A stretch of 45,668 nt of DNA, counting the filler, from Jimgerdemannia flammicorona (taxonomy: Eukaryota), in assembly GCA_003990765.1 (NCBI GenBank). It is 2 parts of 2 records of this genome, joined end to end, with 100 filler letters (N's around TTAATTAATTAA, not from the genome) between each part and the next. Parts side by side here need not be neighbours in the genome. Positions count along the whole stretch, not along the records: positions 22,886 to 45,668 come from RBNJ01001205.1; 1 more part is not named here. The stretch is one strand, 5' to 3'. Of this stretch, positions 34,744 through 45,668 are shown piece by piece. The position numbers were made by a program, and so were the translations under genes. Each line of letters starts with the position of its first letter. Within the stretch, counting starts at the first letter, position 1. The notes beneath the pieces were generated by a model. The model had not been told where the DNA came from, made no database searches, and was given only the letters and a program-made list of their open reading frames with translations.

Positions 34744-36236
34744 TGTAACAGTGACCCCAGAATGATGAAATCAGTACAGAAGACAGCCTTTCCTTATAAG
34801 CCACCAGATCAGAGCATAAGAAGATCATATGGCATATGAGATGAGCAATGATGACCAACTGTGAGTCATTGTGACCACAGCATGAGCATCCTGAAGAATA
34901 TAAAAGAAGGATCAAGGAACTGCAGTAGCAGCAACCATCAAGAACCACTAATCCCAAAATAGCTCAAAGACTTACCACAAACAAAATGCCTGCTGCCTGC
35001 CAAACCTCAAGGTCAAGGAATCACCAAGTTATCTTAGTTGAGGAAAGGATGTTCCAAGACATCAGAAGAGCCATAAGGACCCACTCAAGAAGGATTTCTA
35101 GTATCAACCTGGGTACTGCAGACCCTTATCACTTTATTCTCTACTGCTGCAAATTGGAAACAAGGATCACCATTGCTACCGAATACCTCCAAATGTGGCA
35201 GGAGTATGAAATAGGAAACCTCCTCTGCCGGGAGTTCCCACAGGCCATCACCTAAGAGCTACAAGATGCTACTCCCATGGATATACGCAAAACAAGGACA
35301 GCTAAGAAGATCCATCAGATCTTCAGGCATGTACCATGGTTGATCCCCAACTTGGAGTATGTTAGAGTCTCAGATTTCAGAGACCTATCATCCTGCTGTA
35401 TCAATACACTAGAAGCCAGGGTGGCTACAGAAGCCCAGTTCACTATCACCCTCAACAGCAAAGAAGTAGAAGACTTCTGGCACCCTATCCTTCAGGACAA
35501 CCCAGATCAATTCCTGCAAGAATTGATCTCAGTATTCCAAGGTCCAAGCATCCAGGTTAGATCTCCCCAAGACCCCACATTTGTTCCTTATTTTGTAGAA
35601 GAGAACCTCATAGACTAGAGAGCTCCAGACCTTGTCCCCGATTTCCCCACCACAGCCGAATGTGATGATGTCATCGATGACATCATCCAACATAACATTG
35701 AAGTATACGAAAATGATGAATTCGTAGATCTTATCTGCTTCAGTGATGATAATGATGAAGCCCCCATAATCCTGAACTTTCTGCTCTAAGTTCTTTATTA
35801 TACTGAATAATGCCAGCACCATTATTCTCATGTAATACTGGATAATGCCAGCACTGGTATTCTGAGATGATACGAAATTATTCCAGCACTGGTATTTTAA
35901 TGTGACACTAAATAATGCCAGCCCTGGAACTTAGTAGTTTTAGTTATTGGAATTTATATTTAGCTTTATATCTTAGCAACCATTGAATTATATTTTGTAT
36001 AAATACTCCTCTTATTTCCTCTGAAATAAAGTCAGTTCCTCTCAGTGCAATACACATACTTCCTTGCAAGCAATCTAAGAGATAACAAGACAGTTAAAGA
36101 TAAGAAGTTTGAGAACTATAAGACCTTGGGAAGGCACTCCAATATGAACTTGCTTATAACAACTTAAGTTAGTCTAAGAGATACACCTTGAAGAGAATCT
36201 GGCATATTTGAAGGACTCAGCGACCACTATATGACA
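34744..36236 (+). repeat. 3' LTR of Gypsy B (1493 bp), preceded by PPT AGGAGGAAGA
   Basis: TGTAACA start directly after the purine tract; ends ATGACA, then TSD ATAT. Confidence 0.95.
34986..35789 (+). pseudogene. LTR-encoded 267-aa ORF (3' copy, two premature stops)
   Basis: Same 804-bp length as the 5' copy; stops TAA 35253 and TAG 35616 are CAA and TGG in the 5' copy. Confidence 0.85.
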
Positions 36237-36410
36237 ATATATATAATATAGTTTAATAGTCTTACTATAAATCAAGAATTATCAGTATATTAAAACTAGT
36301 ATTTGAAATAAATTGAAATAAATTAAAAACTATCTTTACTAATTTAAAAATATCTATTATCTATATTAAATTATCTAGAAATCTATAATTTGATATAGAA
36401 CTTTAAATAC
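36237..36410 (-). pseudogene. pol: Upstream continuation of relic D (RT YxDD region)
   Basis: Minus strand reads roughly LVLIY**FLIYSKTIKLY, a decayed VYLDDxLIYSKT, and joins 27599 across the Gypsy B insertion. Confidence 0.55.
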
Positions 36411-37516
36411 TAAAGGAGATTTCTTGAAGTGAAGTGACTGCCTTTCCTCAAGTACTACTGCACACCATGACATCACTTTTTTTTTTTCTCTTGGTTCAAA
36501 ACAAAGATTTTACAGCAAGCAGCAGATTTCCTTATTCAAGCATTATGGTCTAGTTTGAACTTATAGTTTTTGAGTAATATGACTCCCATCTATATCTATC
36601 TGTAATAGTGCTGTTCTTAGCTCTCACTCCATAATGATTTGAACCAACTTGGCCATAAATGTGAAAGATATTAGTATATAGGGCAAGTGTCCTGACATCT
36701 AGTAGTTCAATATTTGTTAAAAATCCTTGCACAGTTAAGTATTTCATATTAATGTTATTTCATATTGATGTAGTGAACCTTGTATAATCTTTGAAATCCA
36801 AAAACACCTACTGACATACTTTTGACCAGTTCTTATGCTAGTCTTAATTGCTATAAACCAACTGATGAGCCCCTTAAGCAAGGGCAAAACTGGTTCCACA
36901 AGCAAAGTCAATTTATGATCTTTTGTTTTCAGAATGGCCACACATCTCCAATCTCATACTCCTTCCTGTACAAGTTCTTCCTGCTACTCTTCATGGAATC
37001 TTCGACCCTCCCCCTGGACACTATCTCCCCTCCTACTACCTCGCTGTTATGCTCTACATCATGACAAAGATCTCTCAGTTCATCTACCAGGCTGTCCAAG
37101 TGAGGAGCACAATGGACTCTATCTTCCTTTTATACAAATAGCTGCCATTCTAATATGACCATTCCCACCTTCTTCCTCACCTTTGTGTTCTCATATAGAA
37201 TTGGCCATACATATGTTCTCCTCTTTTCCAACACTCTAGTGAAGAAGGATGTCATGACAGCAGTATTGTGTTTGTATGATATAATCAAGGGAGATGTAGT
37301 TACATTATAATTTGTTCATTCTATATTGTAGAAAGACTTATATAAATAGTAAAAATATAGCTCAGCTTTCTTTGTTTAAAATTTATTATCAGTATGCTTT
37401 CTAGCATAATAAAATGGCCCTGAAATTTTCATGGCAAATTATCAACTCACCTCTACTTCATTCTTGATAAATATTTTATCATTCTTCAATTACCAGAACA
37501 TTGTCTACTTTGCTGG

Positions 37517-37584
<68 letters not shown>

Positions 37585-37627
37585 GTCACTTAGACTTTCT
37601 TTCTTCTCTTTATTAAAATACAATCTA

Positions 37628-40600
37628 TCATTTAAAAAATACACAATGCCCAACCCTATCCAATCCCCCAGGGGGGCCCCTGCCTCCCACCCCCACTTGA
37701 TGAAAGACCACTTTGTCTAATACTATCTCCATCTGCCCACCACTTTGTCCACATATTCTCTCTACCAGGTGATGATGTTTGTCACTCTGGAGACCCCAAC
37801 TCACCCACCACCCAGTCAGCAGATCCCCCATCAACCCCTCCCACCTTAATAACTTCTCCTGTAAATCCATCTACTGTCTCTCCTCAAAGACAAAGAGCTA
37901 ATATCCAGCTAGCCCTATCTATACTGCTAAGACCCACCCTACAGTGAGCCAACCATTGTCCATACCACCCACTAGCTGAGATTTCAAGTTCTCTCAGCGA
38001 TCTTGCTCTCCATCTGGCCTCCTCTCCACACTCAGTCAATTCCCTACTACTATCCAAAAGTCCCCCAGAATCTCACACTCTCCCAGCCAATGTTCAGGCA
38101 TTTGCACAAATCTCCCAACTTGCCCTACATTATAACACTCCTCACAATCTAAATGGCCACCCTCCACAAGATGTCCAGCATGGAAATTCAACATGACATT
38201 CCTCCTCAGTATCTGCCACCATACCACCCAGAACTTAGGAGGAAGCCACCACCACACCTCAGCACTCCATGACCAGACTCCTGCCCAGTCCCACTCCTCA
38301 CCAATCCCCACAGCCTGCCAACTACCTAGCCAAAGATCCTGACCAAGGCACTGCTGACACACCACTCCATCACCAATATCAAACTCAGCAAGTGGAATAT
38401 CTCCCAGAAGAAGTCTGTCCCATTGCCACATAGCTAGACCCCCCAGTACCTCTCTCTCATTGCCTCACCAGTACAGTCTAATCTGGTGTGCTCCATCTAC
38501 CACCCCCCACCAGAAGCTCTTATATCATAGCCATTGGCTTCCAGTCAGGCTCACCAGAGAGAGTAAATCTCCAGAGGACCCCTGAGGAGAAAACCTCATC
38601 TTCCACACCTTCTACATCAGTGGCACCCACCCTCCTCTCTGCAGTTCAACAGCCCTTTTCAATTACCAAGCTCACAGATAGTGCAGCCACTTAGGGAAAT
38701 CCACAAGACCTAGTCCTCCCCTAACCACTAGTGTTACAAGAGTATCCCAACTGATCTGAGACCTCCTCCCTACCCAAATCCAATCTCTAGCCAATTTTGT
38801 CAGTCTCTTCACCACCCAAGCCAGGAAGTCTAAGTGATAGGCCACATACCATAGCTTGGAGAACCAGTAAACATTCAGAATCAACACTCGCCCTGCCAGG
38901 GAGATGTGGTGACCCCCCAACCCCTAAGAGCCTCCCCCCAAATGGCCACTCTCCTCTCTCACCATACTTATGGCAAGACAGATCCATATACAGAAATGAT
39001 AATACTCAAATACCACACCACCTCTCCTGTGGGGACAATTGTTCCAATGATGTCTCCTCCCATCAGCCCATTCCCTAACACCATTGTCTCACACTTATGT
39101 CAGTTGAGTTTCGCCCCAGAGTGTGCCTCATACCATTCCACTGTCTCCTTGAGTACCTCAACATCCTCCACTGATCCAAGTCCAACCACTATATCATCTG
39201 TGAAAGCCCCCACCTTCCACACTACACCATATACAGAGAGCCCTACCATCCTCTGACGTATTCTATCCACCAAAGGTTCCAAAGAAAGGGCATAAAGGAT
39301 AGGAGACAGTGGGTCTCTCTGAGGAACTCCTCTTTCCAAGGGAAATGCCAGACCCTGGTGACCATTACACAACAGTGCTACTTTACTGCCCTCCAACAAA
39401 TTCAGCATAGAAGCCCAAAACCTTGGAGGAACACCAATTCTATCCAGCACCTTGCCTAGTCATACCTGCCAAACATGGTCATAGGCCTTCTCCTGGTTCA
39501 AAAAGACCAGTCTACCATCCAGTCCACAAGCTCGAGCCCCCTCAATGATGCTATACACTCAGGTAGTCCCATCCCTAATAAGTCTGCCTCCTACAAAGCC
39601 ACACTGCTCCTCACCCAGAACCTGTTGGGCAACTCTCTGTAGCCTCACAACAATCACCTTAGTCACCATCTTCCTGTTCATGTCTAGAAGTATGATTGGC
39701 CTTCAGTTCTTCCAGTCCTCCCTTCTTCCCTTATTCTTGTACAATAAGGCCACCAGCCCCAAGTCCTGCTCGCTAACCCACTTGCCATTCAGAAGAACAT
39801 AGTCACAGAATGCAGCCATCTCTCCTAATACTCCAGGAACCTTTGCTATCTTCTTCCAGAAGTCCCAAGGTAACCCATCCTCTCCTGGCACTGTTCCTAG
39901 TTTAGTTGCTGCAAGGACTCTCTGGATCTCCTCCCGTTGGACTGGTAAGATCAAATCACCCAGACCATCTACTTGTAGTTGCTCCCACTCCTCCAGTATA
40001 TCTCCAATTGCCTGCTCATCAGCACCCTCTTCCTCCTCACTCTACAGATCCCTCCAATTTTCCTTCAGTTCTGCTGTGTACCATGCACCATATCTCCCTT
40101 GGCATCCAAGACTCCATCCCATTGGTGGCACACCCTCCTTGCTTGGAGGAGTCTTGACAGGTACCTAGTGGGCCACTCCCATTCTCCAAGCCCCTGCCAC
40201 TGCAGCCTGGCTGCCAAACCTTTCATAAGAACCTCCTCCTCTTCTTGCAATATTTGTTGCAGCTTCAATACCTCCAACTTCACCTTCTCCAACCTCCAAT
40301 CCTCCACCCCTTCCAAATGAAGCAACTCGGCCCACTCCACCTACAATCTAATCAACCTATTAGAAGGACACTGTACTCACTTCCTTCTCAGCCTTCCAGT
40401 CTCCCTACCAGCTTCTCCCCAATAAACCCTCACAGCCTCCTTCAACCTCATCCACCGGACATCCACAGCTGATCTCTCTTGTATCCAGATGGTGATCTTC
40501 ACTTGGACATCCTTCACCCATGGGTCCCACAACCCCTTCTCAGCCAGCAGTGAGGAGTTAAGGCACCAATGTCCAGGTCCATCTCCACTCCCCCCAAACT

Positions 40601-41303
40601 GTCCCTGCCCCAATAGGCCCCAGTGATCAGACCAAGGACACCACTCCACCTCCAGAGTCCTCTAAACATCAGCACCCCAATATTCAGCTGTCAGAATCCA
40701 GTCAATCCTTGTATCCAGTCCATTTATCCAATATGTATAGACCCTCCTATCACCCCACTGTGTTCTGTCCATATCTCCTAAGGAGCTAAGAGTCTCCACC
40801 TCCTCCCACTTATCCAGCCCACCACTCCACCCACCTGCACTCCTTCCTCTATCAGTTCTATCCAGCTGTGGATCTCTCACCATATTAAAGTCACCTCCCA
40901 GAACATTGATGCCTTCCTCCAAGAAGACAACCTCCTCCAACAGATCTCTAATCCACTCAATCTGCTCACCCCTAACCACAGAGCAGTAGCAGGAGCCAAC
41001 TCTAACCAATTCCCACCCAGGTCAGTGCCATTCTCCCCAGACCAAATAGTCCCCCCAGCTCTGAATTCCACCCAAGTCCCCTCTACCCTTTCTCACCAGA
41101 ATTGCCACTTTGCCATTCCAAGCAGTAGCCTCTCCCCATTCTCTAGTCCACTCCACTTGATCTACCTCACCCTCACACTATACATCCTAGAGTAAAAAGA
41201 TATCAGCCTCCAATCTCTTAAGCCAAGTAAAAATGTTCCTATGTCACCCTGATCTCCATAGCCCATTCACATTTGGAGAGAAAATACTAGTTGTACTGTT
41301 CAT
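37628..41303 (-). pseudogene. LINE ORF2 (APE-RT-Zn finger), many stops
   Basis: PNVNGL, LGGDFNMV, TRIDWIL, WSDH, PGEDGLP, GVPQRDPLSPILY, AFTDD, CEEC..EHWLGEC. Confidence 0.93.
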
Positions 41304-41334
41304 AAGGAATAATTTTGTTTATCAATTGTGCCCT

Positions 41335-43218
41335 CTACAGATCTGCATTCAGCTCCTCCTGTACCAAGTCCAAGTTATGTTCTGTAGCCAGTGCCTTCTC
41401 TTCAGTCACCTGCACTTCCAACCTAGCCAGAAGTTCCACCATTGCCCCATCCTTCTTTTCCTTGAAGTCCTTTTGATATTCCAGGCATACCTCCTGCCAG
41501 AGTTGCAACCCATGATACTCTGCCCAACAATAGGCAGTCTGCTCACCAGCAATGACTGCCAACTCAGCCTCTCTCATCTCATCCACCACATATCTCTCCT
41601 CCTCCTTGAAAATTGCAAGTATCTCTGCCTTCAGCACCTCCACCACCCCATCCCAATGCAGAATCCATGCCCAATGCTCCTCCAGCATCACATGCAGGTC
41701 AACTTCTCCCTACTCCTCAGCAGTGAGGTTATTCATCACTTTGCTCATCCACAGCAAGTTCCCCACCTCCCTTCCTCTAGGAGTTCCTGCCACCCTGCAT
41801 CCAGCATCGTGGTATCTGCTCCCACACTGGTAGCCTCATCCCACTCCTCCTCTGGGACATCCACCAGCTTGTCCTCACCAACTGCCACCACCTGGCCCCC
41901 TTTCATCACATCTGAGACCCCAAAGTGAACTCACTGAGCCCCCTGCATCAGCACATCCTCCACTGCTCCTCTCTTCCCAACTGGGCCCCTCCTGATAAGT
42001 GGGGGGGGGGTGCCATCCAACTCCTGCTCCCAAACTTTGAAGGTACCATCAGTATATGGATCCTTGCCCAGCATCTTCCCAGCCCCTTCCTCATTTGCCT
42101 CCCCCTCCTCTCCTCCTTTGCTAGCCCAGATGCTGGCTTTGACACCCCCAGACTCCTCAGCTCCAACCACCTTCTTCTTCACCCCTTCTGTCATACTTGC
42201 CAAAAGCTCCCTCTGCCTCTTGCATCCCTGGGCCCACTCCCACTGCTTTCTGTCAGTATGGATATGCTTCTTATTCACAAACTCCAGATGCCTTAACTCT
42301 TTATACAGTTTCCAGGCTTTTGCCCTCCTCTCTACAGTACCACTCAACTCCTCTAGAGCCTCCAACAAGTCCTCCTCCTCCTCTTTACTCTCTTTCACCC
42401 TTGACACCTTACAGATGAAGGCCCTTCCACATCAGCACCAAGGGCCAGTCACTCATCTTCCCTGTGATCTCCTTTTCTGTCAGCTGAATCCTGACATCAA
42501 CATTGCCTGTCCTGAATGTTGTCCCCTTCCACATCTAAAAGCCAATATCTACCACATCACCATACTCTACCATCACCTTCTCCACCCTCCTCCTAGTCTC
42601 TTCCTTAGTCACCATGGGCACCCCCCTCACCAGAAGCTACACCACCCTGGGGTCCTACCTCAAGCACCACACCATGGGGACCACTACCTCCCCAACCACT
42701 ACTCTAATCTTCAGAGTCTCATTCAGTGGGCCCACCTTCTCAAAGCCCACCTCAACCACCTCCAGACCCTTCAAGAACTTCACTGAGGCTGCCCCAGCCA
42801 CCTGCTTCGAAATAAGCCCCAGGACCATCCTCACCATCACTGCTAAGCCCTGGAAGCACAAGGTAGCCACAAACTTCAAGATCAACTTCTTGAGCAATGG
42901 AGCCACCGCCAGCCCCATTATACCATCTACCTGGTCCCCCTTCCACATTGGGAACTCCTGCCCCCCTTGGCCATCAGCCATCACATCTCTTTTTTTTTCC
43001 TGATTCTCTGTCATACATCTATCAACAGTCACACCCCCAGCTTTAGCCCCTCCAACCCCTATGCTCACATCTCTCATCTGAGGGCCACTCCCTCTCCTGA
43101 TTCTAGCCTTGCCCTTTCCTTCAGCAGTACCAGCTCTGGTTCCAGCAGGCCATCCACCCACCCTTATCTTGTCAGCAAAGCTCAAGGGACTAGGCCTTCT
43201 CCCAGATCCACTAGACAC
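41335..43218 (-). pseudogene. LINE ORF1, disrupted
   Basis: SFADKI N-terminal motif; SVKFL..VEVGF aligns with SLKFI..VEIGF in the other ORF1. Confidence 0.75.
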
Positions 43219-45194
43219 CAGTCCTCCTCCAGAGCCTTTATCCCCCTTTGAGACTCAAAAAACCCCTATCCCCAATCTATAACCTCTCTCTACATACTAC
43301 CAGCTGAAAGCCCCAGGTCCACCTGACTAAGCATGCCCATCAGAACTCTTCCTTGATGATATTTTGATAGTATCTTTTCTCTGAGTTGTGCTGAAAAACT
43401 GTTGCTTGAAGTTTGTGTAACATGAATTATACAGGAGAAAAGTGCCTGCTACTTTGCTGGCATTGTGAATTTCTTGTGAGGAATAGCAAATTGAATCTAC
43501 ACAGGATTTATGCCTTGTACTCCCCCTGTAGGTCAAATTAAATCCAGAGCTAGCAGGTTTAACTTAATAGTGAAATGTGAGGGATACAATATATTATTGT
43601 TATTTTATTTTATTTTATTGATTATATAAATAAAGGCTATCCATCCAACATTCAATATCATAGGAAAGTTGACATCATAGCAGATACCAATCATAAATAT
43701 ATTTTCCCTGACAGAAATCTCCAGCTATATCACCAAAAAACACAATCTAAAAAAAAAAAAAAAAAAAAAAAACACTATGATGCTATAGACCACCTAGTTA
43801 TCTGAGAAGGTCCCTTTTTCACTTAACCACTATCAAGCAATGCCAATGTCGATCAGCCACATGAAAAATCAACAAATGTTGAATTCTATAATGTGTTAAG
43901 AGGAATCTGCACCATTGCATATAGGTTAGATAATGGTAACATGACAGTATAAATATCTGTCATCAACCAAACTGCTGAACATAAAAAGGTGGCAAACATA
44001 GGTTGGACATTTTTCTAGCTGAAGAATATCCAAAGATCAAAATATTTCTCAAAAAAGAAAAAAAAAAAAAAAAAAAAAAACAACCAAAAAACTGTCTCCT
44101 CATTTTGAGGATGTACTCGCTCTGAATTTTGGAGCACTAGAGGAGAAAGCAATACTGGTAGAAGTTAAGCTTACATTTGCAGATTGTAAGTATGTTTTAT
44201 GTCAATGTGCACTCATTGCCATACTGCCACCATTGCAGATGGCTACAATGTCAAACTAGAAGTATATAAGTATGAAGATGAAGTGGGAGTCTGATAAATT
44301 ATGAAGTAAAGAATATGTGTGAATGAGTAGAGCCATAAAGATGATAAGAGTGAAAACAGATGGTAATAAGTGAAGTAAAAGAGAGTAAGGCTTATATGAT
44401 GAGATGCCTGGGCAAGACAGGACTACTGGTGATATTCACCTTAGCAGAGTTTGATGATAAAGAACTAAAAGGCAATTTATATAATTAGTTCATATCCAAT
44501 ATCCATACCACAAACCAACCCTCTACAACAACATTCACACTAATCTACTCATTTGCTCTAGTCTTAACACTTAACACCACCTTGAATTCAACAGACAGAT
44601 CTTGATTCTGACATATGTACAAGTGAGAGCATAGGCCCAAAGTTAAAGAGTGTATACACAGCATTAGTATGTATAGGTTATTATGGGATGAGGTAAAGAT
44701 ATAAGCACATTGAAGATGCAAACCTCATACCTGAAATAAAAAAAAATAAAAAAAAATAAAACTCTATATTTTATCTTCTCAGAAACAAATAAAAAAAAAA
44801 AAAAAAAAAAAACAAAAAAAAAAAAAAATACATACAGAAGATAAAAGCAAGTGGCTTGAGGCCCAGTTTCTTGACTGGCAGGTCATACATAAGAACCAGG
44901 GTGCTGGTGCCATCAAGACATTGGCAGCTATGTTGTTACCTACACCATTTGAAAAACAATGATTTTTTTTAAAAAACAAACTAGTAACTAGCTGTAGCGA
45001 TTATATTCTCTATAAGAAGAATTTGATACTCTTGTAAAGAAACTGGTCCATCCACAAGAACTCACCATCCATTTGAAATACAGGCTTCAGATTATGGATT
45101 TTTTCAATCAATATATTCTTGTATTTGCCACCTTCATTGATCTTAATTGCTCACAATGTTCCCAATTTTAGTTCTTAATAATGAAGAGTATAAT

Positions 45195-45668
45195 TGGGGG
45201 GTGGTAGATGGCGCTCACCGGATTGGTCTACGCTGGCAAGGCAATGAGGGGGAGGGAGTGTGGGGGCCTGATATGTGGCGATGCGATGGACTGCTGCTGG
45301 GGGGCACTCCAATTGAAACATTTAATCTTGGAGATGGGGTGGAGTGTCAGCAGGGTCTTGGCCAGGATCTTAGGCCAAGTGGCTGGCAGGGGGCAGGGAT
45401 TGGTGAGGAGTGGGACTGGGCAGGTATCTGGTCTTGGAGTGCTGAGGTGCAGAGATGACTTCCTCCCAAGTACTGGGTGGTGTGGTGGCGAATGCTGTGG
45501 AGGAATGTCATGCTGAATTTTCGCACTGGGCATCTGGTGGATGGTGGCCATTTTGATTGTGAGGAGTGTTACAATGTAGGGCAAGCTGGGGGATTCATGC
45601 AGATGCCGGAACATTGGCTGGGGGAGTGTGAGGTATTGGGGGACTTTTGGGTAGAAATAGGCAATAGA
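45195..45668 (+). mobile_element. 5'-truncated LINE 3' fragment running off the window
   Basis: Homologous to the reverse complement of ~38040-38510; CEEC..EHWLGEC. Confidence 0.92.

Larger units (their letters stand above)
27600..36236 (+). mobile_element. Structurally complete Ty3/Gypsy retrotransposon B (8637 bp) with dUTPase and ORF-bearing LTRs
   Basis: LTRs 27600-29056 and 34744-36236 (TGTAACA..TGACA), 4-bp TSD ATAT, PBS, PPT, gag-PR-dUTPase-RT-RH-IN. Confidence 0.97.
37521..43448 (-). mobile_element. Full-length L1/Tx1-like LINE (more decayed copy)
   Basis: Poly(T) to 37581. Exact 16-bp TSD CTACTTTGCTGGCATT at 37505-37520 and 43449-43464. Confidence 0.96.

Noticed and set aside
36420..37504. 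Short ORFs, one hydrophobic with a faint elongase-like look (MDSIFLLYK)
   Set aside because: Stops, no intact diagnostic motif and no consistent exon model.
44110..44265. Intron-like GTAAGT..TTGCAG with short flanking open frames
   Set aside because: Too short to support a gene; no recognisable product.

Overview
Eukaryotic, probably fungal (inferred), transposon graveyard of nested retroelements; no intact host gene is supportable. Contents: (1) four Ty3/Gypsy LTR retrotransposons: a complete 8.6-kb element (27600-36236), a minus-strand element (2560-9832), a chromodomain element (9833-~18670) and a very AT-rich relic; (2) an isolated LTR cut by an assembly gap and a TRIM-like non-autonomous element; (3) four L1/Tx1-like LINE copies, two full length with 16-18 bp TSDs, plus two 3' fragments of a second poly(A) family; (4) a palindromic hAT-type MITE. 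Nearly all ORFs are broken by C>T/G>A stop codons. Most notable: the long LTRs carry their own TATA-preceded ~267-codon ORF, whose protein is conserved in an LTR of another family; two unrelated Gypsy elements carry dUTPase on opposite sides of the protease, each beside the same ~40-aa Cys/His module (RCPHG..MY..DCxxC); and a 68-bp piece of the LTR ORF is captured at the 5' junction of a LINE. All alignments were done by eye.
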